64,000 nucleotides of DNA from Ostrea edulis (lineage: Eukaryota): the NCBI RefSeq assembly GCF_947568905.1, contig NC_079165.1:85560001-85624000 (forward strand), read 5' to 3'. Made by a program: the position numbers and the translations under genes. The notes beneath the pieces were generated by a model, which saw nothing but the letters and a program-made list of their open reading frames with translations, did not search any database and was not told the DNA's origin. Each line of letters begins with the position of its first letter. The stretch's first letter is position 1. Below, piece by piece: positions 53,301 to 63,897 of the stretch.

Positions 53301-56300
53301 CCAATGCAGATTTTGCTTGTTCCACTGTATGTTTCCACAGTCGAATTATTTCCCCCATTGAAAGTTTATACAATACGTATATGTCGATAAAGAGTATTTC
53401 AACCATAAATAAATTCACCACATTCATTTAGGAAGTTAAGCTGTTTAATGAGATGCTTGTATATAAATTTGCCTCTAGATTGACATCACTTTAATCTTCT
53501 TGTAAATTCCCGTCTGCATTTCTGTATTTTTTTAAAAAAAAGATATGATAACACGCTCACGTTCGATTGTGACAATTTGTGACGATTTTGAGATCATTTT
53601 ATGTTTAATCCATGAAAATCGACGATTCACATTTCAGAGGTTTGTTCAGTGAAATGTTTAAATGGGGGACGGTGTTACAATGGAAATCGATGCCTCTGTC
53701 CCAAGGAATTCACGGGATACTACTGCCAGACTGCCGTCTGTAACCCACCTTGTCAAAACGGGGGCGTATGTGTCCGACCGGGCACCTGCTATTGTCCTTA
53801 TGGTTATTACGGCTCTACCTGTGAGACAGGTGCGTAGCTAGTGGAGAAGTGCGTCATACAGCTCGTGACTAGATGTATATGCATGTTCTTTAATGCCCAA
53901 ACATCAAATGACAAATAACGGAACGCATTCCCTCCCAACTATTGTCTTGTTATAGCATTACTTTTACTTTGGGGCATGCCGTTATAACGTTACTTTCACT
54001 TTAAGGTATGTCGTTATAACATTACTTTCACTTTGACTCATATATCGTCATTCCGTTACTTTCACTTTGAGTCATAACGTTACTTTCACTTTGAGTCATG
54101 CCGTTATAACGTTACTTTCACTTTGAGTCATGTCGTTCCGGTATTTCTCATCCATATGTTGGAGTATCTTTCACTTCATACATTATCAGGACTAACGATA
54201 GCCTTTTGTTTTGCCTGTTTAATTTGCCTGTAGAAGTAGGCGTAGTATCATTTTGCTGATTTCTTATTACAGCTATGTGCTTTCGCAGATGCAGATTCTT
54301 GTGTCAGCTGAATTATAGAAGATGTTAGTATTTTTTGTTTTGTCTTTTAAAGATAAAATGTAAATTCCTGCACCAAAGGCTCATCGTCTGTTTATTTTGA
54401 TTTACTTAACAAATTTCTTATCTATCTTAACACTAACAAGATTAACAAAACAAATTTCGCCATTTATGATTCAAAGTATCTTCATTACATTTCCTTACAT
54501 TATACAATAGTAAGAACATAGACTCTCCTGCAGATTTTCCAACTTTCACTTTTAGCGACATGTTGGACATATTGTCAGAATGGGGGACGGTGTGTGTTCA
54601 ATTCCTGTCTGTGTACTGGAGGATACACGGGTCGTCATTGTCAAATACGTAAGTGGAATCAATTATTATAATACCAGGTACTCTCGTATCTAGAATATTG
54701 AAGATTTGAGAATTTAGCATATACATGTACATGTATACCTATATAGCATATACATGTATACCTGTATTATAGATTCAGCAAAGTGTGACATGGGCTGTTT
54801 GAACGGGGGAACCTGCGTGGGGTCAAATCAGTGCAAATGCCAGCCCGGGTATTGGGGTTCTTACTGCCAATATGGTAAGCAATGAATACCAATAAATAAG
54901 GAGTACAGTTGTATATGCAATAGTCATTATCTAACCATTCTGATACAGTTCTCTTTCCCATCTTTTCTCCTTGTGTACGAGAATCTCCAGACAATACGTT
55001 TAGGGCCACGACATATGCAAGAAATGTTGTGAATCAAATGTTGATTCTTTAAAACAGCCCATTAAGTGTTAGTTCGGGGGGTACTCATCGATTTTGCCAC
55101 AAAATATGATATAACTAGTAAAATACTTTTGAAATATCATAAAAAGTTTGAAAATTTGATAACACCTTCCATAATAATTGTTTGGTTTTGCATGGTTTTA
55201 TCGTAGACAGCCTCTTAAATACAATGTATTCCAAAGACCTTTGGTAATTTTGAAACCACAAAACCTTTCCCAAATCAAATGCAACAAAACGTACTAATTT
55301 TCTACACTTTACACGACGATTCCTCACGGTGAATTAAAGATCAAGTTTTTGACATCATAGACAGCTGTTTCTTCAATAAAAGTGGAACATGTAAATATTC
55401 ATATCTTGTGCTCAGTCATCAAAAAAATTACTTTGTGCTAAACATCACTCTAACTCTACGCATAGGTACTACAGTAAGTTGCTATTGAAAAGATGCTGGA
55501 GTTCCTCATTGACAATATATACGTAGTCGTTGGTGATCAGTCTTTTAATAGTCTGTTGGAATTCCCATGGACACAAATTGTGCTTTATTATTAGCTGACC
55601 TGTTTTCATATTCTTACGAGTCAGCATTTATTTAAAGAGTTCTACCGCAAAGAAGAGATTCTCTTGCTCTGGCCTTCAACTCGACATTTAGATGTATCGA
55701 CGTCGGTTTATCTATTAACAATACTCATTTTCATTCGTATGTCAATTTAATATTTCTCAATGAACTCGAAAAAAAAAGACATCACAGAGTTTTCCACTTC
55801 TGCTTTATATTTTGATATTTTACTGAACATAAACAATAATAAGAAACTAACAAAACAACTTTTTGACAAACGAGATGACTTCAGCTTCTCTATCGTTAAC
55901 TTTCCATATTTGTCTAGCAATACCCCATCATCACCTGCATATAGAGTTTCAAAATATCTCTCAACTGATTTGTTAAGCACGTTCTGAGAATGATCAATGT
56001 TTAAATCAAGGCAGGCTACTAACAAATACGTTGATGTTACAGGGGTTTTAACAGTGTTTAAAATCAACATTTTCGCAAATTTTGTGATCCAGTTTACAAA
56101 TACATGTACAACCTGTCATTAGGTCGAAAACTGTGTGACTTGTTTAAAACCAAGTGTTATACCGATCTTTACAAGTGATGCTGACTACGAATTACTCCGA
56201 ATTGATAACAGTTTGTTATCTTCATTCGTTCATTATTCAATGTACACAAAATTTTCTCCAATTTACTAGAATTTCGCGTATAATATATCTCTTTCTGAAA

Positions 56301-56749
56301 CCTAAATTTCTTTTCTGTAAACGTGTTACAGCCCTGTGTTGGCCTAGATGTCGGTATGGCGGCGAATGCATTAAACCCAATGAATGCAGATGTAAACGAA
56401 ACTATTCCGGACGGTACTGTCAGGTAAGACACTAGATCAGAAAGGTACTTCCGGGTAATGCACTAGATCCGGTCAGTAATGTCAGGTGATATACTAGTTC
56501 CTGTCTATTCTGTCAGCTTAGGTACTAGATCCGTTCATTCCGATCAGGCCATAGTTAGATCCGGTCAGTAATTCATGAAAAGGCATTTTAAAAAGGTTAA
56601 GGCTAGAGTACGCTTAACTGACCCATTTAATTTTCTTCGTAATCTCTAATACATGTACAGGTTTATCAGACATTTGTAGAATTGTTTTTGTTTTATTTTG
56701 CTCTTCCTTTCTATTGCAGATAGTGAACACACGACACAGAACAATGTAA
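33850..56749 (+). CDS. VWDE: von Willebrand factor D and EGF domain-containing protein-like, complete, 28 exons, about 1498 aa, secreted
   Basis: All 28 exons join in frame (4497 nt including stop). Signal peptide; D8C-like Cys domain (CD..L.PGWYR, CGT.APIWL, NC..FFVYKL....CDLAYCA); VWD (CGLA, EGLCG); EGF; Thr-rich stalk; cadherin-like repeat; C-terminal EGF array; no transmembrane segment. Architecture matches the VWDE family; strict orthology not tested. Confidence 0.88.
35126..35174. repeat. (GA)n microsatellite
   Basis: Pure GA run; further (AG)n runs at about 35337-35377 and 22345-22392. Confidence 0.95.
38468..38640 (+). CDS. VWDE: VWDE-like exon 2 (D8C-like)
   Basis: DIDPCLPEHHSVIDDFRRSTHYRPRANERRLCDNDLTPGWYRLQINGTDADIPTKCVK; alternative in-frame acceptor gives a start at 38474. 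Confidence 0.9.
39344..39572 (+). CDS. VWDE: VWDE-like exon 3 (D8C-like)
   Basis: VKRCGTAAPIWLSMPKDG...NCISFFVYKLTSTGGCDLAYCAQ. Confidence 0.93.
39781..39840 (+). CDS. VWDE: VWDE-like exon 4
   Basis: VPKKTCLTGQVYIRHLKKCI, phase 1-1. Confidence 0.85.
39940..40169 (+). CDS. VWDE: VWDE-like exon 5
   Basis: DYNARTSKPSLQVSVSRKHVMITCTFRV...FYIAWYKKE...FSGDT. Confidence 0.88.
40275..40355 (+). CDS. VWDE: VWDE-like exon 6
   Basis: VICSVEEIYQLRDKKSRKSRPYFIGIK. Confidence 0.88.
41604..41739 (+). CDS. VWDE: VWDE-like exon 7
   Basis: LLRKKIVLREDRPVANVTLVSTVPIVCDNNADKCDITIRLSLQKP. Confidence 0.88.
42002..42210 (+). CDS. VWDE: VWDE-like exon 8
   Basis: GDISPRITFEKCVIYFAMGWKCKKNVCQEQTFQVAMTPN...SQLKFK. 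Confidence 0.86.
42400..42785 (-). mobile_element. Cluster of SINE pieces: 3' fragment of the 5909-type SINE (42400-42490) and two tRNA-like heads (about 42520-42582 and 42700-42785)
   Basis: GAGACGTCACCA...AAATTTAGACCTATGC matches the SINE 3' part; reverse complements contain TAGCTCAGTGG/GTTCAAATC and TAGCTCAATGG/GTTCGAGCC boxes. Confidence 0.7.
43546..43619 (+). CDS. VWDE: VWDE-like exon 9 (VWD start)
   Basis: MKVVDFPPASCYILSGVHILSFVG. Confidence 0.88.
43826..43889 (+). CDS. VWDE: VWDE-like exon 10 (VWD)
   Basis: SVQRVREEGPFILLRSDETTLQ. Confidence 0.86.
44416..44616 (+). CDS. VWDE: VWDE-like exon 11 (VWD)
   Basis: IHAQTMRNPQHDRFSLCGLAMWFEGVTITLSRC...IKIFEARNGKLIT. Confidence 0.9.
44742..44923 (+). 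CDS. VWDE: VWDE-like exon 12 (VWD end)
   Basis: IYIHDLVQIRIDINSLDISASVHISGFHSNKVEGLCGTITRKKNKNAVSTVTDGYGFRVWR. Confidence 0.9.
45210..45835 (+). CDS. VWDE: VWDE-like exon 13 (post-VWD Cys region plus EGF)
   Basis: VQPHQSLFEMSPS...CPEKCFKHGVCARNGCDCIKGYSGVECLNKA (track ORF 45238..45846). Confidence 0.93.
46394..46812 (+). CDS. VWDE: VWDE-like exon 14 (Thr/Ser/Pro-rich stalk)
   Basis: VVPTNDGSSQSTESRTVDPT...TTTSTTTTKQTPSPTTEEKTT...PVFVSCDTRSSGCNFVYLRIQ...TNVK. Confidence 0.92.
46959..47096 (+). CDS. VWDE: VWDE-like exon 15 (probable GC donor)
   Basis: YNNRKWIQWQPPVFPSIRYVTPTLAECLLNSSISIPADGDPVFKVE|gcatgt. Confidence 0.8.
47200..47298 (+). CDS. VWDE: VWDE-like exon 16
   Basis: VLGADNEVLSDKLFSKVNKQCQSCSYWRGCRIR|gtaagc. 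Confidence 0.88.
47394..47508 (+). CDS. VWDE: VWDE-like exon 17
   Basis: PNVCLIDGNCFMNEDKNPANRCEVCVAPSSTHQWTRRE. Confidence 0.92.
47525..48390. repeat. Compound minisatellite of about 20-22-bp subunits with a 97-bp higher-order repeat
   Basis: Subunits GCGATATCAGAAATAATGAA and CAGATCCTGTATCAGGTGATAT; GATGAACAGATCC recurs at 47821, 47918 and 48015. Confidence 0.92.
48927..49364 (+). mobile_element. Well-preserved HINE/Pearl-like Helentron non-autonomous element
   Basis: SubTIRs ATACGCCCGTC / GACGGGCGTAT; 5' palindrome CCCGTCTTAAGACGGG; (GTCC/GTCT)n; two about 145-bp core repeats; 3' hairpin GTGC...GCAC; T-run flanks. Confidence 0.88.
50029..50294 (+). CDS. VWDE: VWDE-like exon 18 (cadherin/Ig-like)
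   Basis: DDNLPPILQRDPYEFSVLEGDNINSSITAYDPEGSRLTY...ISVVDECNLQSSIIVK. Confidence 0.92.
50315..50555. repeat. Degenerate (GAT)n trinucleotide repeat in VWDE-like intron 18
   Basis: GAT/AAT-rich run between the exon 18 donor and exon 19 acceptor. Confidence 0.85.
50680..50791 (+). CDS. VWDE: VWDE-like exon 19 (EGF)
   Basis: VGVKKCNCKNNGTCRTENVTRPNQARAAECDCKHPYS. Confidence 0.92.
50943..51074 (+). CDS. VWDE: VWDE-like exon 20 (EGF)
   Basis: [44 protein letters not shown]. Confidence 0.93.
51393..51527 (+). CDS. VWDE: VWDE-like exon 21 (EGF)
   Basis: CKLSCSSSPCFENVTCVDDIYGEKGFRCGPCPRFYRGDGTRCDRT. Confidence 0.93.
51735..51845 (+). mobile_element. Probable retroelement terminal fragment (Penelope-type, recalled family)
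   Basis: CCAGGGGTCCGTGTTTGC...TTATGAGATTGATCACTGTTCGTTAT resembles a common oyster Penelope-associated end; assignment is from memory, not from a search. Confidence 0.45.
52333..52458 (+). CDS. VWDE: VWDE-like exon 22 (EGF)
   Basis: DLDICKYGVCPRKGRCENTAQFPGYRCASCPDGYQGDGRKCT. Confidence 0.93.
52664..52759 (+). CDS. VWDE: VWDE-like exon 23 (EGF)
   Basis: VACRINCQNDGTCVEGNKCSCKPGYDGNTCEK. Confidence 0.93.
52830..53370. mobile_element. HINE-family element plus adjacent fragment
   Basis: GGGGCATATTG...(CTGT-like)...GCAGGGGCATACATGTTT...CTTGTT organisation similar to 22764-23584. Confidence 0.5.
53638..53829 (+). CDS. VWDE: VWDE-like exon 24 (two EGF)
   Basis: EVCSVKCLNGGRCYNGNRCLCPKEFTGYYCQTAVCNPPCQNGGVCVRPGTCYCPYGYYGSTCET. 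Confidence 0.95.
53975..54135. repeat. About 32-bp degenerate minisatellite (GTTATAACGTTACTTTCACTTTGAGTCATGCC)
   Basis: About 5 visible units. Confidence 0.8.
54556..54648 (+). CDS. VWDE: VWDE-like exon 25 (EGF)
   Basis: ATCWTYCQNGGRCVFNSCLCTGGYTGRHCQI. Confidence 0.93.
54779..54874 (+). CDS. VWDE: VWDE-like exon 26 (EGF)
   Basis: PKCDMGCLNGGTCVGSNQCKCQPGYWGSYCQY. Confidence 0.93.
55258..56160 (+). mobile_element. Degraded Penelope-like retroelement reverse-transcriptase fragment in VWDE-like intron 26
   Basis: Translates through stops and frameshifts to (D)FSTLYTTIPH, MLEFLIDNIYV, GIPMDTNCALLLADLFSYSYE, FNSTFRCIDVGLSINN (decayed RYIDD), DKRDDFSFSIVNFPYLSSN.P.SPAY. Confidence 0.85.
56332..56423 (+). 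CDS. VWDE: VWDE-like exon 27 (EGF)
   Basis: ALCWPRCRYGGECIKPNECRCKRNYSGRYCQ|gtaaga. Confidence 0.92.
56720..56749 (+). CDS. VWDE: VWDE-like terminal coding exon 28
   Basis: Strong polypyrimidine tract and ttgcag|ATA GTG AAC ACA CGA CAC AGA ACA ATG TAA (IVNTRHRTM*); read-through of exon 27 (VRH*) is an alternative ending. Confidence 0.7.
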   Translation: MVNTRHRTM

Positions 56750-58759
56750 TGCAACGTAAACATTCGGTATGCGGGGAGCCATTCTTCTTTACTCATTTTA
56801 ATCTTCATGTTGTATGATTGGAGCGTTTGTGTGAAAATGATAGAGAGAGAGAGAGAGAGGGAGAGGATGAAGAGAATGAGAGAGTGACAGAGAGAGATTA
56901 AAAATATTAAAAATGATATTTATAATTTATTGTGTTCACCTTGTACTTATTTTGACCAGGCGGGTTAATTCTTCGGGTGATACAGTCAGTTAAGAAACTT
57001 TGAAATGTATGTTCATGAAACTTGTCAGATACAGGTGTTAAATTTAGATAGTTTGAAGTTCATCCGGATTCCTCCTATCGTCATCAGAAACCCCCCAGAA
57101 CGAGGCATGTATTTCATATTTTTCGGTCCACGCCCACTGTGTACCCTGCCAGTACAAAGTTTTATCTTCAATTTCAACAGAGTGCTATTCGTGTAAACCT
57201 CTTTATCAAATTAAGATAAGAAAATGACACGGTGGTATGAAAACTAGGCTTCAATCAATGATGGCTAATATCAATAAATTGCACTTGTACCACTGAAAAT
57301 AGAGATCTGATTATTCCGTATTGTTGATGAAATTGACATTTTTAGAGATATAGAGATCACTCCACATGTGGTATGCAATACCTTCTAGAAATAAAGGGTT
57401 TTACTACAGAGTATCTGTGGGTGGAAATACAGAGAATTCGACACAGTTTGTTTGTGGCAGATACTAATGGTGAAAGCTGACCTGAACTCTAGATTATAGT
57501 ATATCATATCTGATTGAGCCATTGATGACAGTATTTGCGTATATACCTGCAAAATAATTCTCTCTCTTCAGATTCTACATGTATTAAACTCAAATGCCTA
57601 TGAACTCTCTGAGGGAAAGAATTTTAAAAAAGATCTTGCCATGCACAATGAATGAATGTCGCCTGTTTCTCTTTGCTTGATGCAAGGGGGATGTCTCGAT
57701 AGAAAGACGCACCAACTGATTTTTCTCTCAAGCTGGAATACTTCCTAGATAAATGAACTTGTTTACATTGCTTTCTATATGTATTCGTGCATAGATAAAA
57801 CAACCAACCAAAAATAAAGAACCGAATTAAAGTCAAATCACAATTTCATCATATATGTAAATCTGTTTCTGTCAAGTGAACCACTTTCCGTTTTCAAAGT
57901 CAAAGTAAGGGATCTGGAATTAAAATGAGGCTCGTTGTTGATTATTAACACTTTTTAATTGGCATGATATAGTACTCACCTTCACAGCATTACAGTTAAA
58001 GCGGTCGATACGTACGCTGGTGTGTCAGGAAGCGGGGTTTTTTTTCGGTTGTAGAAATGTATCTACCGTCGGTAGTGTTGAGAGTTTCACTGCTGAATTT
58101 CATGATTTTTGGCTATAGTAAAGTTTTGTATATTTTAATTTTTTTTAAAACTATTTACTTTGAAATTCTTCTGTAACAACTTTATAGAAATTATAATGAT
58201 TACATAGACTGTGTTGTGAAAATTTTTTGATATTCAACTAGTAAAATAAAATGTTGATTCTTTTAGTGGGTATCTGTGATTTGTTTTTAATGGAAGCCTT
58301 TTCTGAAGTCACATTGCACAAAGATGGAATAACTTGTGGTTCTTCTCTTCCATTTCCGAGGATTGCCTGTGATAAATAAAACTAGAAAATTCATCATACT
58401 ATCAAAAACTAAACACAGCACATGTAGGAATACATAATGATATGTAAATTAGCTGTGTGTACGTTCACCAGGTTGTAAATTCTAAAAGCTTGATAACAAA
58501 CGAGTTGCTTCGAATTGTAATAATATAGATTTAGCATAATATGCAAGAGTAAATTTATAGTATCTTAATGATTAACAGTGTATAGAATTAAGGTATCAAA
58601 ACTCAATATTTAATCTAGTGCATAGAATCATGGCATTTAAAATTAATAAAAAGAACTATGAGATACATTGAAGCCTTTATTTTTATTTCCTCTTCCGAAA
58701 CGTGATCAGAATGATTCCCCTTGTCCTCTTCTATTTCAAGAAACGTGTCCTGTTGTGTT

Positions 58760-61700
58760 GTTTTACAAGCTGTTGAATAAACCATCTTATATTTATTACA
58801 AGCTATGGAATAAACCAGCTTACCTTTATTACAAGCTATGGAATAAACCATCTTAACTTTATTACAAGCTATGGAATAAACCATCTTGTCTTTATTACAA
58901 GGTATATATGCAATAAACCATCTTACCTTTATCACAAGCTGTGGAATAAACTATCTTACCTTTGTTACAAGCTATATATGCAATAAACCATCTTACCTTT
59001 ATCACAAGCTGTGGAATAAATCATCTTACCTTTATTACAAGCTATGGAATAAATCATCTTACTTTCATTTCAAGCTATGGAATAAACCATCTTACCTTTA
59101 TCACAAGCTATATATACAATAAACCATCTTACATTTATTACAAGCTGTGGAATGAATCTTCTTACCTTTATTACAAGCTATGGAATAAACCATCTTAACT
59201 TTATTACAAGCTATGGAATAAACCATCTTGTCTTTATTACAAGGTATATATGCAATAAACCATCTTACCTTTATCACAAGCTGTGGAATAAACTATCTTA
59301 CCTTTGTTACAAGCTATATATGCAATAAACCATCTTACCTTTATCACAAGCTGTGGAATAAATCATCTTACCTTTATTACAAGCTATGGAATAAATCATC
59401 TTACTTTCATTTCAAGCTATGGAATAAACCATCTTACCTTTATCACAAGCTATATATACAATAAACCATCTTACATTTATTACAAGCTGTGGAATGAATC
59501 TTCTTACCTTTATTACAAGCTATGGAATAAACCATCATACCTTTATCACAAGCTGTGGAATAAATCATCTTACCTTTATCTCAAGCTATGGAATAAACCA
59601 TCTTACCTATATTACAAGTTGTGGAATAAACCATCTTACCTTTATCACAAGCTATATATGCAATAAATCATCTTACATTTATTACAAGCTGTGGAATGAA
59701 TCTTCTTACCTTTATTACAAGCTATGGAATAAACCATCATACCTTTATTACAAGCTATATATACAACAGACCATCTTACCTTTATCACAAACTGTGGAAT
59801 AAACTATCTTACATTTATTACGAGCTATGGAATAAACCATCTTACTTTCATTACAAGCTATGGAATAAACCATCTTACTTTCATTACAGGCTATGGAATA
59901 AACCATCTTACTTTCATTACAAGCTATGGAATAAACCATCTTACTTTCATTACAAGCTATGGAATAAACCATCTTACCTTTATTACAAGCTGTGGAATAC
60001 ACCATCTTACCTTAATTTCAAGCTATATATGCAATAAACCATCTTCCCTTTATTACAAGATGTGGAATAAATAATTTTACCTTTATTACAAGCTATGGAA
60101 TAAACCAGCTTACCTTTATTACAACCTATGGAATAAACCATCTTGTCTTTATTACAAGCTATATATGCAATAAACTATCTTACCTTTACCACAAGCCGGG
60201 CATAAACCATCTTACCTTTGTTACAAGTTATATATGCGATAGACCATCGTACCTTTATCACAAGCTGTGGAATAAAGCATCTTACCTTTATTACAAGCTG
60301 TGGAATACACCATCTTACTTTCATTTCAAGCTATGGAATAAACCATCTTACCTTTATCACAAGTTATATATGCAATAAACCACCTTACATTTATCACAAG
60401 CTGTGGAATGAATCTTCTTACCTTTATTACAAGCTATGGAATAAACCATCATACCTTTATTACAAGCTGTGGAATAAATCATCTTACTTTTATCACAAGC
60501 TATGGAATAAATCATCTTACCTTTATTACAAGCTGTGGAATGAATCATCTTACCTTTATTACAAGCTATGGAATAAACCAGCTTACCTTTATTACAACCT
60601 ATGGAATAAACCATCTTGTCTTTATTACAAGCTATATATGCAAAAAACTATCTTACCTTTACCACAAGCCGTGGCATAAACCATCTTACCTTTGTTACAA
60701 GTTATATATGCGATAGACCATCTTACCTTTATCACAAGCTGTGGAATAAATCATCTTACCTTTATCACAAGCTGTGGAATAAATCATCTTACCTTTATCA
60801 CAAGCTGTGGAATAAACCATCTTACCTTTATCACAAGTTATATATGCAATAAACCACCTTACATTTATCACAAGCTGTGGAATGAATCTTCTTACCTTTA
60901 TTACAAGTTATGGAATAAACCATCATACCTTTATTACAAGCTGTGGAATAAATCATCTTACTTTTATCACAAGCTATGGAATAAATCATCTTACCTTTAT
61001 TACAAGCTGTGGAATGAATCTTCTTACCTTTATTACAAGCTATATATATAATAGACCATCTTACCTTTATCACAAGCTGTGGAATAAATCATCTTACCTT
61101 TATTACAAGCTATGGACTAAATCATCTTACCTTTATCAGAAGCTATGGAATAAATCATCTTACCTTTATTACAAGCTATGGAATAAATCATCTTACATTT
61201 ATCACAAGCTGTGGAATAAATCATCTTACATTTATTACAAGCTGTGGAATGAATCATTTTACCTTTATTACAAGCTATGGAATAAACCATCATACCTTTA
61301 TTACAAGCTATATATACAATAGACCATCTTACCTTTATCACAAACTGTGGAATAAACCATCTTACATTTATTACGAGCTATGGAATAAACCATCTTACTT
61401 TCATTACAAGATATGGAATAAACCATCTTACTTTCATTACAAGCTGTGGACTAAATCATCTTACTTTCATTACAAGCTATGGAATAAATCATCTTACTTT
61501 CATTACAACCTATGGAATAAACCATCTTACTTTCATTACAAGCTATGGAATAAACCATCTAACCTTTATTACAAGCTGTGGAATACCCCATCTTACCTTA
61601 ATTTCAAGTTATATATGCAATAAACCATCTTCCCTTTATTACAAGCTGTGGAATAAACCATCTTCCCTTTATTACAAGCTATGGAATAAACCATCTTACT

Positions 61701-62042
61701 TTTATTACAAGCTATAGAATAAACCATCTTACCTTTATTACAAACTGTGGAATAAACCATCTTATCTTTATTACAAGCTATGGAATAAACCATCTTATCT
61801 TTATTACAAGCTATATATGCAATACACCATCTTACATTTATTACAAGCTGTGGAATGAATTTTCTTACCTTTATTACAAGCTATGTAATAAACCATCTTA
61901 CCTTTATTACAAGCTATGAAATAAACCATCTTACTTTCATTACAAACTGTGGAATAAACCATCTTACCTTCATTACAAGCTATGAAATAAATCATTTTAC
62001 CTTTATTACAAGCTATGAAATATTTTACCTTTATTACAAGCT
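58760..62042. repeat. 3.3-kb satellite of 33-bp units (AATAAACCATCTTACCTTTATTACAAGCTATGG) with 37-bp variants and higher-order duplications
   Basis: About 95-100 units; block duplications of 342 bp (58886/59228) and 474 bp (60218/60692, 60408/60882). Confidence 0.96.
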
Positions 62043-62667
62043 ATGGAAATGATAAAATGCAGCACCAGTATCGTAACCACAACTCCAAAATCCGTTAAGG
62101 CGAACATGGCATAGCCATAGTCATGACCGTGAAAGAAAAATTGTTCGGGTGACTGAAAACGTCCTACGGAAGAAGCCATTACTTGTGGCATACATTTGGC
62201 GTATTTGGTATCAGTAAACTAAATTGTACGCATAGAGACAAAATAGATGTCTTCTAAACGTACACACATGTATAGCAATATATATCAAATATACCTTTTT
62301 CTGATGAATGGATTTATTTTCACAATAAAGTATATACACATACGAGTTCCTGCGTTTCGATGTATCAAGATCGTAGCGGTTAGCGTATTGGCTATGTAGG
62401 TTGGCTGAATTGTGCCATTTTATAATTTGTCGCCGTTTTGTTATTTCGAGGCTAAAAGACAACAAAACGATATTTAGCAACTTTTCATCCCGAAATAAGG
62501 AAAAGACGACAAAGTGATGATATCAGCTACTTTCGCCTCAAAATAACGAAAAGTCGCTACGATCTTGAACGCAGCCCAGAAGTGTTGAATCTTTTTAAAA
62601 TACTCTTCAGCTGTCAACAGCAGTATTTTTCGTGAAAACATACGTTTCGAACTTATATATTATGTCT

Positions 62668-62830
62668 TCCAACGGATTCGATAGGCGAGAGCATGTTTTA
62701 CGTATGATCAATTTTTAAAACTCAGCTTTTTGCAAATCTATGGTCGTTATAATGATCTCACTTGCAAATACAACCTGTCTTTGGGTCGAATGCTGTCTGA
62801 CATTTTTTATCAATTGTTAGATTACCCCGT
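62668..62830 (+). mobile_element. Penelope-like 3' fragment, same family as 55258-56160
   Basis: GATTCGATAGGCGAGAGCATGT...TATGGTCGTTATAATGATCT...TACAACCTGTCTTTGGGTCGAA is homologous to 55960-56135. Confidence 0.7.
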
Positions 62831-63151
62831 TTACCTGATCAAAACAGAGGGGTTACAATGGATGTGACTTGTTAATCTTTAACTCTGTTAAACAATATAA
62901 GCTAACTTGGTGCAATTTAGACTTTTTATAGTCCTGTTCGCGAAATGAAAAAAAGCTTACAACATCTGAATAGCATTTGTTTATACCTTAAAACACTTAA
63001 CTTTCAGAATAACAGTCCAATTCCCGAATTCTAGTTTTTGCAGAGGATAGTGACTTTATAAAAATCAAAATAACTTCATGGAATAGCCTCTGAAATCTTT
63101 AATCAAGAGAATGCCGATATTAGACAATGTTTAAATACAACTAAAGTACTA

Positions 63152-63859
63152 AACAAGAGGCCCATGGGGCACATAGCTCACCTGAGTCACCTTGTCCCAT
63201 ATCTAAATATTTTCTTGAGTCTGCACAATGTCAGGTCGCTTTCATGTAAATTTGTTCTTGCTGGCCCAGTGGTTCTTGAGAAGATTTTTAATGATTTTCC
63301 CTATATATTTGCATGTAAAACTTTGATCCCCTATTGTGGCCCCATCCTACCCCCGGGGGCAATGATTTGAACAAACTTGAATCTGCATTATGTCAGGAAA
63401 CTTTCACGTCAATTTGTACTTTCCTAGTCCAGTGGTTCTTGAGAAGAAGATTTTCCCTATATATTTGCATGTAAAACTTTGATCCCCTATTATGGCTCCA
63501 TCCTACCCCTGGGGCCATGATTTTAACAAACTTGAATCTTCACTATGTCAGGAAGCCTTCTTGCAAATCTCAGCTCTTCTGGCCCACTGGTTCTTGAGAA
63601 GAAGATTTTTAAAGATTTCCCCTATTTATTCCCATGTAAAACTTGGATCCCCTATTGTGGCCCCAACCTACCCCTTGGGGCCATGATTTTAACAAAGTTC
63701 AGTCTGCACTATGTCAGGAAGCTTTCATGTAAATTTCAGCTCCTCTGGTCCAGTGGTTCTAAATGACCCCACCCTATTTTGACATTTTTGTAATTATCTC
63801 CCCTTTGAAAGGAACATGGTCTTTCATTTGAACAAACTTGAAAGCCCTCTTCACCCATT

Positions 63860-63897
<38 letters not shown>

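Noticed and set aside
58615-62052. Many ORFs with YKLWNKPS, INHLTFITS and MVYSIACNK repeats
   Set aside because: Translations of the 33-bp satellite; the 37-bp variants break the frame regularly.
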